From Lepidodermella squamata (lineage: Eukaryota; Animalia; Gastrotricha): a stretch of DNA of 64,000 bases. Each line of letters begins with the position of its first letter. Positions within the stretch are counted from its first letter, which is position 1. Positions 29,925 to 42,433 of the stretch are shown here, in pieces. Made by a program: the position numbers and the translations under genes. The stretch spans positions 1,674,001-1,738,000 of the forward strand of contig JBLDXI010000042.1 in the NCBI GenBank assembly GCA_047495785.1. The letters are read 5' to 3'. The notes beneath the pieces were generated by a model, which saw only the letters and a list, made by a program, of their open reading frames with translations, searched no databases and was not told where the DNA came from.

Positions 29925-32900
29925 ATGAAACTAGCTCTCGTACTACTTGTCAGCTTCATTGCGAATTCCCAAGGGATAGTAAGTGGCTTCTAACAAGTTA
30001 GCTATTTCGTGTTTAAAGGCATTTGGTTTCTAGGACCCCGAGCTTGAAGATGTACTCAGGCAATTAAGTGATGCGATCCGTGCGAACAACGGCCTTCCAC
30101 CGGTAATTTTTTCGAAAATAACTCCTGTTAAAATTGTAATGGCTTTTATTTTATTTTCAAGGCCGGCCATAGTGTCCCACTGAAGTTATGCGGCATTCCA
30201 GATCTGAAAACCGCGAAAGCAAAGCTGAGGCGACAGCGAGGCAATGATGATGGTAATGAGCCATTTCTTGCCGGCGTGAACTCAAAAGCCAATTTATGGA
30301 CTTTCCCCATCCGATACAAACTCGAAGATACATACAGTAAGTCTAACAGCCATCTTTATTTTTTCCTTGTCTTGTTTTCAAGACTATTACAGCGGTTTTC
30401 AATTTTGAGGTCCAATTTCGATATTTATTATCCACTGGGTTTTTGGAGGCTCTAAAGTTGTCTTGTTTATTTCTTGTTTTAAAGCCTTCCGCTTTTTATG
30501 AGACAGTTGATTTTTCCAAATTGTTCCCTTTTTAGCGTAAAATGAATAGGAATGCATGTAAATTTGGCCAATTTCCTTGAATTTTCAGATTTTGAATTTT
30601 GATTTGATATTTTGTACCACCATTTTATGATAACGATTCAAGTGATTTCAAAGCATCGGTGAGGCAACAAAAGTCAAATTTGTTATCATTTTATTTTCCA
30701 CCTTAATCCGGATTTTTTAATAAAAAAAAGGTGCTGATCAAAAAGCAATCATCCGCGCAGGTCTTGATCGCTGGGAACAGCTTACATGTGCCCGCTTTGT
30801 CGAAGATCCTACTCTGTCGAAAAATAAGACTGGCCTCAATGTCTTCAAAGGATCTGGGTACGTCTTACGTCCATTTTTCATATTATTTTCTTGACCAACC
30901 CAACATCTTAACCCAACTAGGTGCTGGTCGTGGATTGGGATGTTGAATGCTGGACAACTGCAAGATGTGTCTCTGAGTGACAGCTGCATGGAGGTATCTA
31001 TCGCTTCCTTCTAAAGCTGTTTTCCATTTAAAAGCATGGACCATTATAGGAAATCACTGTAGCCCACGAAATCGGCCACGCTCTGGGAATGGTTTGGTTT
31101 CTTTTGAACTAGAGATAAAGTTCGTAACCTTTATCTTTTCAGGAACACGAGCAATCAAGAACAGATCGTGATAGCTATGTCCGAATTAACTATAAAAATA
31201 TCATACCGTAAGTTTTGATTAAAGCTATGTTAGAACTGGCAATCACCGTAATGACTAACATCTGGTGTTTGATTTCAGCGGCTATGAATACAACTTTGAC
31301 ATTGCCTTGAACGATGAGAATTACAACGTGCCGTATACTTACGATTCAATCATGCACTATGCCTGGGACAGTTTCGCCAGCACCCAAGGTGTGCGAACCA
31401 TCGAACCTTTTGATAAGCGATTCCTATTCACGCTTCATCAGTATAACTATATCGCTTTCGGAGATGCGAAAAGGGTTAATATACGGTATAATTGCGGTGA
31501 GTGAATTTCATTTTCCGGCTTCATGCTTCATTATGCGATTTTTCGGCTTTTCGAGTCTACTACTAATTCCCGAATTCTCATAGCTAGAAATTGTAATTAT
31601 AATTTTCTAAACCCCAATTTAGCCAGAGTCCAGAATTTATCTGGCCAATTTATCTGTGGGTTTTTGGAGTTTTCTCAACCTGGACGCTGGACCTTTAGCT
31701 TTAGAGGTACCCCACGCTGTGTCGATCTTGCCAGTTGAAATAGCATGCGATGCCAAGCTATTAAAATGGAAGGGATCTTCTGGCTGCAAGTTCAAGCTCC
31801 TAAATCCTAAATTGAATATGTGGCCTTCAAATGATGGAATTTGAGCAAAATTCTATCACTGTCCAATTTTCTAGACCAATTTGAGCCTTAATTTGCTGTT
31901 AACTCTTTTGTTAACGAAAAATTCGTTTTTGTCTGAATTATATTTCAGATTTTGTTCGAATTTTAAAGATATTCCGAATTAATTATTTCGTGTTAATTTT
32001 GTTGTTCGAACTTCCCAAATTTGGATGTTTGTTATTTCGAATTTTTAATTGATGATAATTCTCAGCTTCGGAATTCTCCCAAGATAATTTTCAATTCTCG
32101 GTTTTTAGTCGAAACTTCATGCGATGGCAAGCCACTAGCACAACCTTGTCAGAATGGAGGTTATCAAAATCCGAATGACTGCTCCAAGTGCCTATGCCCA
32201 GATGGTCTAGGTGGCGATTACTGTCAGACATATGGCACATACAAAGGCCCAGTTCGATGCGGCGGTTACGTCGATATCAAACCTTGCGGCTACACTTCGA
32301 TCACATCACCAGGCTACCCGAAACAGTACAACAAAGATTCGGCTTGCAACTGGTGGATTAGAGCGGTAATTTCTCTATACTTCTCTATCGATCGCTTAAC
32401 CTTCGTTTACGATTTCAGCCTGCTGGATCTAGTTTGGTCTTTGCCTTTGAAAAAACACCCGAGCTTCCAATCGATAGATTCAGTAAGAAGGTGTAATTCG
32501 AAAAAATTCTTAATAACTCGGATGGTGTTTTCAGGTGGGAGAAGTTGCGGAGATTACGTTTCGATTCGCGGCATCAGCGATGTCGATAGATCAGCAATGA
32601 GGTTCTGGTTGATAACCTGGTCTTTGGCTGGTATATTGCTCTTTTTCCACAGATTTTGCACTGCGAGCGTTTCCAATGGTCGCATGTACTCAACTAACGA
32701 CAATCAAGCAATTGTCACATTCGGAACTCAAGGCTCCTCGCGAGGCAATATTGGGTTCAATTTGACCATCTACGCAACGTGCCCAGGTACAACGGCCAGC
32801 TCGCTAACCAAGGAATGCCGAATAACAGAGAGCGGCCGAGACTATGAAGGCCTGGGTGTTACTGTATCTTTGACGGGTCAGTCCTGCATGCCGTGGTCTA

Positions 32901-34672
32901 GCAGATCGAATGTGAAAGACCTGCGACTTCCAATGGGCGACGTTGCTGCGTCTGGGAAAGCTTGTCGTGCTTTCAATAATGAGGACAGGCCTGTGTGTTA
33001 TGTTGCCTCAAACGCTTATAGCCCTTGCCGACTCGTCACTAAATGCCCAACTAGTAAGTGTTTTACAGCCGCCATTTAGGGCCTCTTTTCCTAATCGCAA
33101 TTCGTGAAAGCTCGTAGGTTGCCCAAAACCTTAACTTGATATAGAAAAGGGTAGTTTTTCTAGTTTGGTTACAGTGATCCTACCGAGAAACCTTTTTCGA
33201 TCCCTGACAGCTCGAGGATCAAAGATCGCACCCTGGGTTGAAGGTTTCCAACCTATCTCTTCTTTCTTCGGTACCTTGGGTACCAACCCCCTAAGCAACC
33301 TTAAGCAAATAGAGTAGCGTTATCGGTTCTCCCTGTTTCATGCCAAACTAAGCAACTCCTGTTTTCATCAAGCTTTCTGTAGCAATGCGTGCCAGAACGG
33401 TGGGAAATGTGTTGGCGTGGAGGTTTGCAGTTGTCCAACTGGTTGGACCGGCAAAACCTGCACAACTCCATCGATTGCACCCTTCGACATACCAATCTCA
33501 ACGCCGTATGTGCGATGCTTTCTGAAAAGCAGTGGCGACCTATCGGCCTGTCGGTTGGCCGACAGCTGCCGAGAGTTCGAGTACTCGGTAGATTAACTAC
33601 AAAAATTGTGGAAATTATCGATTTGAAAAATGTGATTTTTCATTCAAGGACGGTCGAATTTTTTCCAGCTATCAATCTTGCGAGAGAGGCGTGAGTAATA
33701 GCTTGTTGTTCATAATCTGAGAATTGTCGGCTTCTGAAAACAGGCTGTAAGCTATTGCTTTTCCCCTGCAACTGCCGAGTTCACCTGCCGCTTCGGGAAT
33801 TGCAAAAATGAGGAAACACGGGTAACATTTTAATGTCATCGCTAAATCCGATATAATTCAATCGATTTTATTCTTATTTTCAGATAAAAATATTTTCGAA
33901 ATCGCGATTTTTCGCCGGTGAGAATTTTATGGCATGCCGCAATTTGGCTTCGCCGGTAACAAATTTCCCGATTTACTGAAACTCAGTAAAACATTTTTTC
34001 TCTCCAGATGAAATACTATCGTTGGTCCAGCTCGAATTTCACGAAAATCGCCTGCCGACCCACGAGAGGCCATAAGCCTGGAGAGGTTACTTCAAATTCG
34101 ATCATCAATGTCCTTGCTCACGTTTGCCTTGCAGGTCCTAGATGGCATTTACTCAGATCGGGCTAGTTGCCTCACCAGTATGCAAGGATCCAGATTTTCC
34201 AGATCCAAATGACTTTCTATTTTCAGATACAATTGCTGACCAGCCTGTGGTGCGTTGCTACAAGAAATCGAATGGAAATTTCGAAACATGCCGACCCGTT
34301 TGCCAGAATGACGAATTCCAGGTATAATTTTGCCGAATTTTCCGCAAATTAATTTAACTGAGATTTTAGAATGAGCCGAAGTATGTCTTCAAGGACTTGG
34401 CTATTTGTCTGAAAGGGGTAAGATTTTTCCGCATAAATATCTGCGAATTTACTCGAATTTTCGAATTGTCAGGGAGCAAGGCTGTGTAAGCGTAATCGCA
34501 AGCAAAATTACTGCACGGGTTCAAATAAATCGTGCAAAAAACAAGTAAATCCATTAATTCTTCAATATTCTCTGTAATTGTGTATTATTTCAATTTTCGA
34601 TAGATCAGAATTTTCGGATCATCCGAGCTGTTTGCCGACAATCTTGCAGCGTGCAAAGCAGCCAACATTTGA
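29925..34672 (+). CDS. Multi-exon astacin metalloprotease 1: signal, propeptide, astacin, EGF, CUB, kringle-like, EGF, Cys-rich repeats
   Basis: HEIGHALGM|EH zinc motif (~31065), Met-turn SIMHY, CQNGGYQNPNDC EGF, ITSPGYP CUB, ECRITESGRDYEG..CMPW kringle-like. Not all exon borders resolved. Confidence 0.88.
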
Positions 34673-35497
34673 AGATGACTTAAATGTTGGTGGCAACGAA
34701 ATGAACATGACATTATTAAGGACGTTTTTGTGATTTCCTTGAAGATTGAAGATGTACTCACCTGATTGTAAAATACAAAAATCCTATTTATTTTTCGATT
34801 ATTTAATGAATCATCTCTGATCTCATTGCGGAGAGGATTTGTGTTTGGAGAGTTGAATAAAGAGAAATTTCGAAATATGAAAAAGAACATATCGTTCACG
34901 TCGCGGAAGAACTCGCACTTCGGTTTTTTTTTCTGATTACAGTACTGTCTTGTACAGCTTCGTTGACTGTATTTTTCGTACAGCGCATCTCGACAGTATT
35001 TTTTGTACGGTATTACAGCTGTAGTATTTGTACAGTAAATCCCGGCCGTACATTAGCATACTGTAATCACACTGTACTGACAAGTACTGCCAAATGCCGT
35101 AGTTATTAGTACTGTCGAGTGTACTGTACATAGATGTACGGCAAATGACTGTATTTGACATGTACAGCTGGGGCTGCTGTACAGCAATCTACGGTTAATT
35201 ACAGTATAGAGGCTGTACAGTTAAAATCGTTGAATATATATCATAATATATCAAAGTATGAATGGCTACTGATAAATGGCGGCTATAATCGATAGTGTGA
35301 TGAACGCGTTTGTATATTGCAACTCATGCTCGGTTTTGAATCGTTTCAGAGGCTGGTATTTTTGTTCGGGAAGCCGGCTATACTTCATGGCGGCGACAAA
35401 TGAGCTAGTGACAAATTAGACGCACATCATTATTTTAGCGTACAGAAATTTCTTTTATTTTGGAATAATCACGTCAAATCACACGCCAAATTGAAGA

Positions 35498-37721
35498 TCA
35501 ATCAAAATCAGAATCATATTCCATTATATTTTGGCGCTTTCCGAAGTTATTAAATATTGCTCGGTACTCATTCGGCTTTCCATTCCACATTTTATAGGGC
35601 AAGTTAAGAATGTAATCAGAGTGTCGCAGCGGAATAATTTCGGCCCTTAACATTTGCAACAGATCAGCCTTTAAGCTATAAGATATCGCCAGGGGGCTGG
35701 TCATTGCCAGAGTAGGTGCACCAGCCGGAATGCTCTTTTTGGCTTGCGTTGATAGGGAGTAAGTCTTCCAGGGCCATAAGGATTCGTATCCGTCACGAAC
35801 GCGTAGGGTGGATGGGTGCCCCTTTTCGTACCAAAACCAAACCCCTTCAGACCAGGGTAGATAGTCACTCTGGGTGGATGGACGCTCACCAATGCCGAAG
35901 AAGTCGCGATTCGAATTGTTAGTCGACTTCCAATTCTTTGGCTTTCTGAGTTTTGCGGTGAAGTTCGGCTCACCGTGAAAATTGAGCATTTGATCCCAGG
36001 TCAAGTTGTGAATTATGAATGGCTGAGAGGGTCGACATAAACGGGCTATTTCACGCCAATCTTCTGGTACAAATACCTGATGCCGGCTTGCCCTCCTTTC
36101 AATCAGCCTATGTTACTAAAATTCTTGCAAAAACTAAGTAAAATAAAAAATTCTTACGAGTGGCAGCAGTCAACCACCATCATTGTGTGATTTGGCTGAA
36201 AGAATTTATGATGAATCGATTTCAGCGAAGTTTGCCCATTTTGCAACGCAAACATGATGGCATTGGCGAAATATTGACTATGATTTCCAGTCCCATTATC
36301 GGAGTAAACTATCAGCGTCTTGCAGCGCGGATGACTGACCGAAAGATATCTCGTTATGTAGATGAATAGTGCGGACCCTGCTGAGCTGCCGTTTGGATGC
36401 TCCAAGTCAGTTTCATCGGAGAAAAAACAGTAAGCTTCTTTCGATACCATCTCGTATATGACTAGAATAGGTATTTAGAATAAACAGAGATTTAAGAAAT
36501 GTCCAGCGAAAACAATCTTACCGCAATTCCACGTGGTCATTTTCTTGAAATGATAGTTCGCTGGCGTTTGCGAAGGGCTGAGCAATGCTTTTTCGTAGTC
36601 GAGTTGTATGACCACGACTTCGTCTGAATTTTTCGTAGCCATAGAGACGTCAGCGTTACAAGCTCGCCTTGCGGTGTTTTTCATATAAAGATGAACGTGA
36701 AATATTTTTCGCCGTCGCTCATCAATTTTGTTCTCTTTTTCACGCAGCAAAAATTTCCTGCATTTTGAGCATTTATCCTTAACTTGAACGCGAAGAGACA
36801 ACTCGGGATATGCTTCGTGTAAGACTCTTTTGAATGAATTCAAACACAAGGGCGGACAATTATTTAGAATCGGGGTTTTTTCACAAAATTTTAAATATCC
36901 GTCAAACATTTCCTGCTTTGTCATGTTTCCTTCGATGTAAACTTTTTTCGAATTTTTTCTTACGTAGTGACCCGGTGCGCGCTCATAGCTATCGATATAT
37001 CTGTATTTTAAAAAGAACAATTAGTATGGGCGCACATTTCGTGTAACTTTTTATCATCAGACCTGCAGCAATGATCGAATTGCTCATTGGAAATTGCATC
37101 AGGATTTTTCTGAATGCCTCTAGCATCAGGCAAGGCAACCCCCAGTTTTCCAACTTTGTGTTTTAGAGTCCATTCGACGAATCCTCGAGCACTCAAACCG
37201 AGAACGCGATGAAAGAATTTCGAGCAAACTCTTTCTCTGGCGGACCCATCGCCACCAGGTAAGAAAAAGCAGTGATGCAACGACTGCGAAGATCGGGGAT
37301 CCACGCATTTTATAATGAAGTTCCGGCGAGCATCTATGTTGTTCGAGCCGAATTGATCGTACAGGCGGCGCATTTGCTCCTCGGGAAGTTTACTAGCGCA
37401 TTTCTCCTTGCAATGACAAGCAATGTATTCGAAGGGTCGAAGTCGCGGGAAAATTTCGCTTCGCGTCGATTTTGATGTGTTCAAACTTCGAACTGTGCTA
37501 GCTTCAGCACTATCATGTTCATGCAATAGCGAGTCGGATTCCGTCAGATCTGGCCATATAAATTTAGGCAATTTTGAAGCATTTGAAATATCGGTCATGG
37601 CGAATGAAGACACCGTAGTGCTATCATCAGTGCTCGAAGGCAATTCAAGATTGTCCATCATTCGCCCCAGAACACGATCTACAACGGCTAGATCATCGGA
37701 TTCAAAGTCGTCTGATTCCAT
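35498..37721 (-). CDS. Sola-type DDD transposase; introns 37001-37062, 36462-36521, 36108-36157
   Basis: Splicing gives one ORF with CHCKEKC, RVCSKFF, GHYVRK, QLDYEK (D1), YSDNG (D2), NHTMMVVDCCHS|LIE (D3) and VFVPEDW. Confidence 0.82.
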
Positions 37722-37769
37722 TAGTGTGATATAATACTCTATGAAACAAATGTACAGAGATTAAGGCTT

Positions 37770-38201
37770 TTATTTATCTTCAACTACTCGTTTCTTTTTC
37801 GGAACTTCGTTTTGTTTTGTTCTGTAGTTTTGCTTGGACCAAAAAATTAACTCATTCATTTCTGCATCGGTTGGCTGCTTGGTGGCTTTTTTGCAGCTCC
37901 ACATAAGGTGCCTTCGCAGCACCGAAGAGTCATAAAAGCTGGTTCTACACAGCTTGCACAGCCGCCTATAGCCATTTTGGTGCTTTTTAACACCTACAAA
38001 TCGCCCATACAAGCGACGTTGGGTTTTGGCTTTTGCTGATCTCTGACTTTTCTTCAGAGTCGCACAGTGCTCTAGCCACTCCCGGTGGGTATATCTCGGC
38101 TCAGCTTCCTGCCCATTCGAATGATCTCCATCGTCCTCCATCGGTTCAGCCATCGGTTCTGCCATCGGTTCAGCCATCGGTTCAGCCATCGGTTCAGCCA
38201 T
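37770..38201 (-). CDS. Zinc-finger ORF with (MAEP)5 N-terminal repeat inside Sola
   Basis: 12-bp tandem repeat at ~38142-38201; CKLC..F..SSVLRRHLMWSC. May be a separate gene or a transposase exon. Confidence 0.55.
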   Translation of the reverse strand: MAEPMAEPMAEPMAEPMAEPMEDDGDHSNGQEAEPRYTHREWLEHCATLKKSQRSAKAKTQRRLYGRFVGVKKHQNGYRRLCKLCRTSFYDSSVLRRHLMWSCKKATKQPTDAEMNELIFWSKQNYRTKQNEVPKKKRVVEDK

Positions 38202-38361
38202 CGAAAACAATTGTTAAAATCCTAAAAAATGCGACAGTAACATTATCAACAGAAAAACGTTTTCGAATCATCCTCGCAAATTTAGACCAGCATATAGTAC
38301 GCGTATACCTATACCTATATTCTCGCCTGCAAAAATTGAATTAACAAAGGTATGACTTTAA

Positions 38362-39181
38362 TCACTTTCTGCGGAACTCCCGCATCTTGTCTTTGACATT
38401 TGTTTTATCGCGGCCTGGGAATTTTTCGTTGAAGTTGAAACCAAGTTCCTCAAGAATTTTGAGAAAATTTTCGACAGTCGATCGGGTGTATCCCAGTTCA
38501 CCCTTGTCCTTGCGGTCGTCCATTATGGCCGCTATTTGCTTCAGCAGAGGAATCTCATTCACCTTATCGTAAGGGGCCCCTTTTCGGTCAACTACGGTTT
38601 CCAGGCCCGTAGCAGCGCCAGCTGGTAGCACTTGGTTTAAAGTGCCGAGACTCCTAGCAGAATTAAAGGGTGTTTGCTTGCTCGGATCGGTTTGCAGTTC
38701 TGTATAATAATGAAATGATGAAATAGCAATGAAAAAAAGAAAAATTTAATCATTTTAGCAAGGAAGGCCTCAGGCTAAATGGGCCAAAGTTCGCACCAAC
38801 GCCAATTATTTTCGACTAGTTTTCTAAGATTTCTAACAGCTGACCTGAGATCATTCTCGTAAGTTGATCAACCTGATTAGACAATGTTGGACGCTTGACC
38901 GCCATCATTTCTTGAAGTTCCTCGCCAAAAACTACGGTGATGCTCAAAACGCCGGTGTTCAACTCGAAAGCCAGTCGCAAATCATCCTCATCCTCGATGA
39001 TTATCAGATGCTCTTCATCGCTCCAAAACATGGAATAATCGTCGGCTTTAAACAAATTGCGGTAGACAGCATAAACTTTGCCTTTTATCACTATGAGCGC
39101 GTTTTGACATTCTTCGCTAATTTTGACGTAGCGAGCCCATTTCGCCGAAAACAATGTCACTTTGACAATAAAATCAGGCAT
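38362..39181 (-). CDS. PB1-domain protein with Myb/SANT-like C-terminus inside Sola (intron 38700-38844)
   Basis: N-terminal IVKV and OPCA-like FWSDEEHLIIIEDEDDLRLAF; splices in frame to ..FPGRDKTNVKDKMREFRRK*. Confidence 0.65.
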
Positions 39182-40176
39182 TTTCTTGTGGTTCTGAAAA
39201 ATTTCGAGACTGAAAAAATCTAAAATAATTTCGAGAAAACCGGTTCTTAGGCAGAAATGCAATGAATTATTTTGAAAGAAATGGAAGTATTTTAATTAAT
39301 ATCGTATGGCCAACCAGAAAATAAAGCAATGGTCTCAAGTAGCAAATATTCTTTATTTTTATTATAGAACCGTTCGGGCATGCATATATAAGTATCATGA
39401 GATGCTCTGATTGATTGCATACTTTTATTACCATGACATGGGTTCGGCTTTTCGCTTGGCGATTCGAATGTGTCGTCTATATCTATTCATGAAATGGCGC
39501 CAGTCGCGTCAATCTTTCCCTCGAAGTGCGTTACCTGCTAATTATCGACTGCTCGGCATATCAAGACAAAAAACAGCACAGCTGCGTCGTCATAAACAGT
39601 GTGGTTTCAGGCTGTTATAATTCATAAGGTCGTGCGTTGCAGAATTTCGAAAAGTCCGACAGTACTTTTTCTACAGTTCTGTGCTGTACTTTCAAATACT
39701 GCAAGCCGTACTTTCAAATACAGCAAGCCGTACTATCAACTACGGCTGGATACCGTACAATCATATACAGCTGCCCTCGACAGTACTAAGACTACAGTTT
39801 CATTCCGCTGTACTAAATCATACGGCTAGCCCGCCGTAGAAAAAGTACTGTCGAAAAAACAGTACTTTTTATACGGTAGATATTACAGTACTAATCGGTA
39901 CAGCATGAGCCTACTGTACTAGACGTACTGTCGGACTTTTTCAGAAGTGCGAGTTCTTCCGCGACGTGAACGATATTATTCAATATTATCGCTAAGAACT
40001 GATTAAATATTTGGTTATAAGAATTCGATTATAAGAATTTTATTAAGAAAGATAAACGCTCTTCAGCTACAGCCTTTCAAGCCGGCAATCCTCGAATATT
40101 ACAAATCTCACAAATATGCTGTAGCCATATCTCATCTCTGGTATCGGTACTACTTCTTCACAAACATGTTACATTC

Positions 40177-42433
40177 TCATAGCGTTTTCTGGCAAATGAC
40201 ATTATTCATAGGATCAGCACAATTTTTCGCGACAAAGTAGAAGTCAGTTTTCGGGTAGCCATTTTCTGCAAAGAAAACCTGCATTACAACGCAAGTTTCG
40301 TAGGCTGCTTCCTTCGACCATTGAGCAGCGACATAAGGTACACTCGAACCATCGTCCGCTTTCAAAGTGCCGGACTGAAACTTAAGACCAACCCAGGGCG
40401 AGGCTGCACGTCCCACAGCCAGCGCTTGCCTCACCTCATCCAGATCTGCGTCCGACTTGACCAGGGCGATTGTGGCACCGAAATTACCGCAAGCCGCATT
40501 GGCTTTGGATTTGACGCCGACTGCGTCGATTGTAAAGTACTGCCGTCTCGGAGCCTTGCAGCTGGTTTCGTCCGCATAGATGACATCAGGCGGCAGTCGA
40601 CCTTCCCAGGTATTTTCGCATTTGCCTAAAGCGGTATTCACGCATCGAGCCGTGATGTTACTGAAGCGAACGCAACGGATAAAACCAGGCTGTAAAAAAA
40701 TCGAAACTTCGATAGTAATTCAGGTCTGTAAATCAACGAAAATAAATTAGATTTATAGGCCAAATTTGAGTCGTCGATCTCTTAAATTTGATTGTTTGAA
40801 TCGATAATCGCAAAATAACAGAAAACTCCGACTTTAGCTTTCAGTTAAGATTTTAGATAAAAATTTGGGTTTGATAACGGCAATTTCGGCCTGCTTAAAT
40901 AACGCAATGGAAAGAAAATCGGATATTTTGCTCGCAAGCTTTCGAGCGGTTTCTCATTTATCGATTGATAGTTTTATCGATATTGGCAAAAATAATTACA
41001 TTATTTTATGTAAGTCCGTTTTGCTGGCCTGAAAAGGCGAGCATAAATAAAACTCTTGAAATTTTGATATAAATACACTGTGAAAAATATAATAGGTAAT
41101 TATGGATGTGAACTCACAGCTAGAGTAGGCGGTAGATTCGAACGGCATTCGTCGTGGTTCTGTTGGAAAGTCGGCTTTTCGATGTACGATTGACCCTAAA
41201 ATGGACAGAATAATAATTAGAGAAAAAATCGAGGCCGCTGGCTGAGAGTTACCTCAGTTAGATCATTTGGGCAATCTGCGTAGCAGGATTCCAAAAACGT
41301 CTTTGCCACACATGAATGGGCATCCTGTTCAAAATGTATGATAACGGCGGGAAGTGCAATTTTTTGATAACTTACTCCTACGAGGCAAGTTTCCTTATCG
41401 GCAAATGGGGCGCTCGAATACATCTGGGTTTCGGTGCCAGCGTTGCAGCCGGGGCTCTGTGGTCGGCAGGCGTTGAATTTGCCGGTTGTAGAATCGAAGC
41501 ATCGAACGTGAGGCGTTTTGACTGGAACTGTGACTGGAAAAAGCACGAACACGTTTCGAAGATTCAGAAATTGTTGGCGCATGGGGAAACTACATACCTG
41601 TAGCGTTGATACAGGACGCGAGATTTTGATACAGAGCTGTTCCTTTGGCCTAGAAAGAACCAGGAGTTAGATTTGCAACCAGCACATATTAAACAGCTCA
41701 CCCAATTGTTGGGACAATCGAACGGAACTGGGACACAGGTCTCCGTGGTGTTGCTAGTCGTGCATTGCCTGAATTGCAAATTCTGAAATTACATGAAATA
41801 TAAAATGAAATATTTTTTGAATTGTTCAGAATGATAACATTGAAGGCAGCTCTCTTCTTCTCGCATTCGTTGAGGTTGGGTCGCAAGTTCATAACGGGGT
41901 TTGGATTACCAAACCAGAACAACTGAAAATTATGGAAAAAATGATTAGGAGGCAACAATTTTCCCAGAATTTCGAGGTATTCAAATTTTCATACATTTTT
42001 AGACAGATAATTCGGAAATTAAAACAACTCACAGCCATTTCGTTAGGTTTGTTACAACCGATGTTTGCGGGCACGCAATATGGGGTCCGCGTCTTATAGT
42101 TGTAGCACATGAGACCATTCTACTAGAAAAAATTAGAGCACGATAGATAATAGCTAAAAAAACTAACCCCACGGTGGCAAACGCCTACTCTAAGGAAAGT
42201 CCGGCCAAGCTATTGATCGATAGATTACCAAGATGTTTGGAAAATTTGAATTCGACGAAAACCTGATAATCGGTGCGGTTATTGCAGCCGTCGGCGGCTC
42301 CAACGCAGTCGGTGAATTTGTTTGTGGATTTCGAGAAGCATCGAACCCAGTTCACCGGCTTCTTCTTACAAGCCACGTCGCTACATGCCAGTAGCAAAGC
42401 GAACAACAATACGGCGTTGAAATAACCAATCAT
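40177..42433 (-). CDS. Secreted multi-exon protein: Cys-rich repeats plus C-terminal C-type lectin domain
   Basis: Signal peptide MIGYFNAVLLFALLLAC; VRCF..F..C repeats; CTL motifs ACGNFGATIALVKS, WVGL, DDGS and ICQ. Confidence 0.78.

Larger units (their letters stand above)
34893..39972 (-). mobile_element. Sola1-type DNA transposon (~5.1 kb) with passenger genes
   Basis: Perfect TIR CGTTCACGTCGCGGAAGAACTCGCACTTC at both ends flanked by ATAT (AWWT-type 4-bp TSD); GTAC-rich subterminal repeats; Sola-like transposase. Confidence 0.85.
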
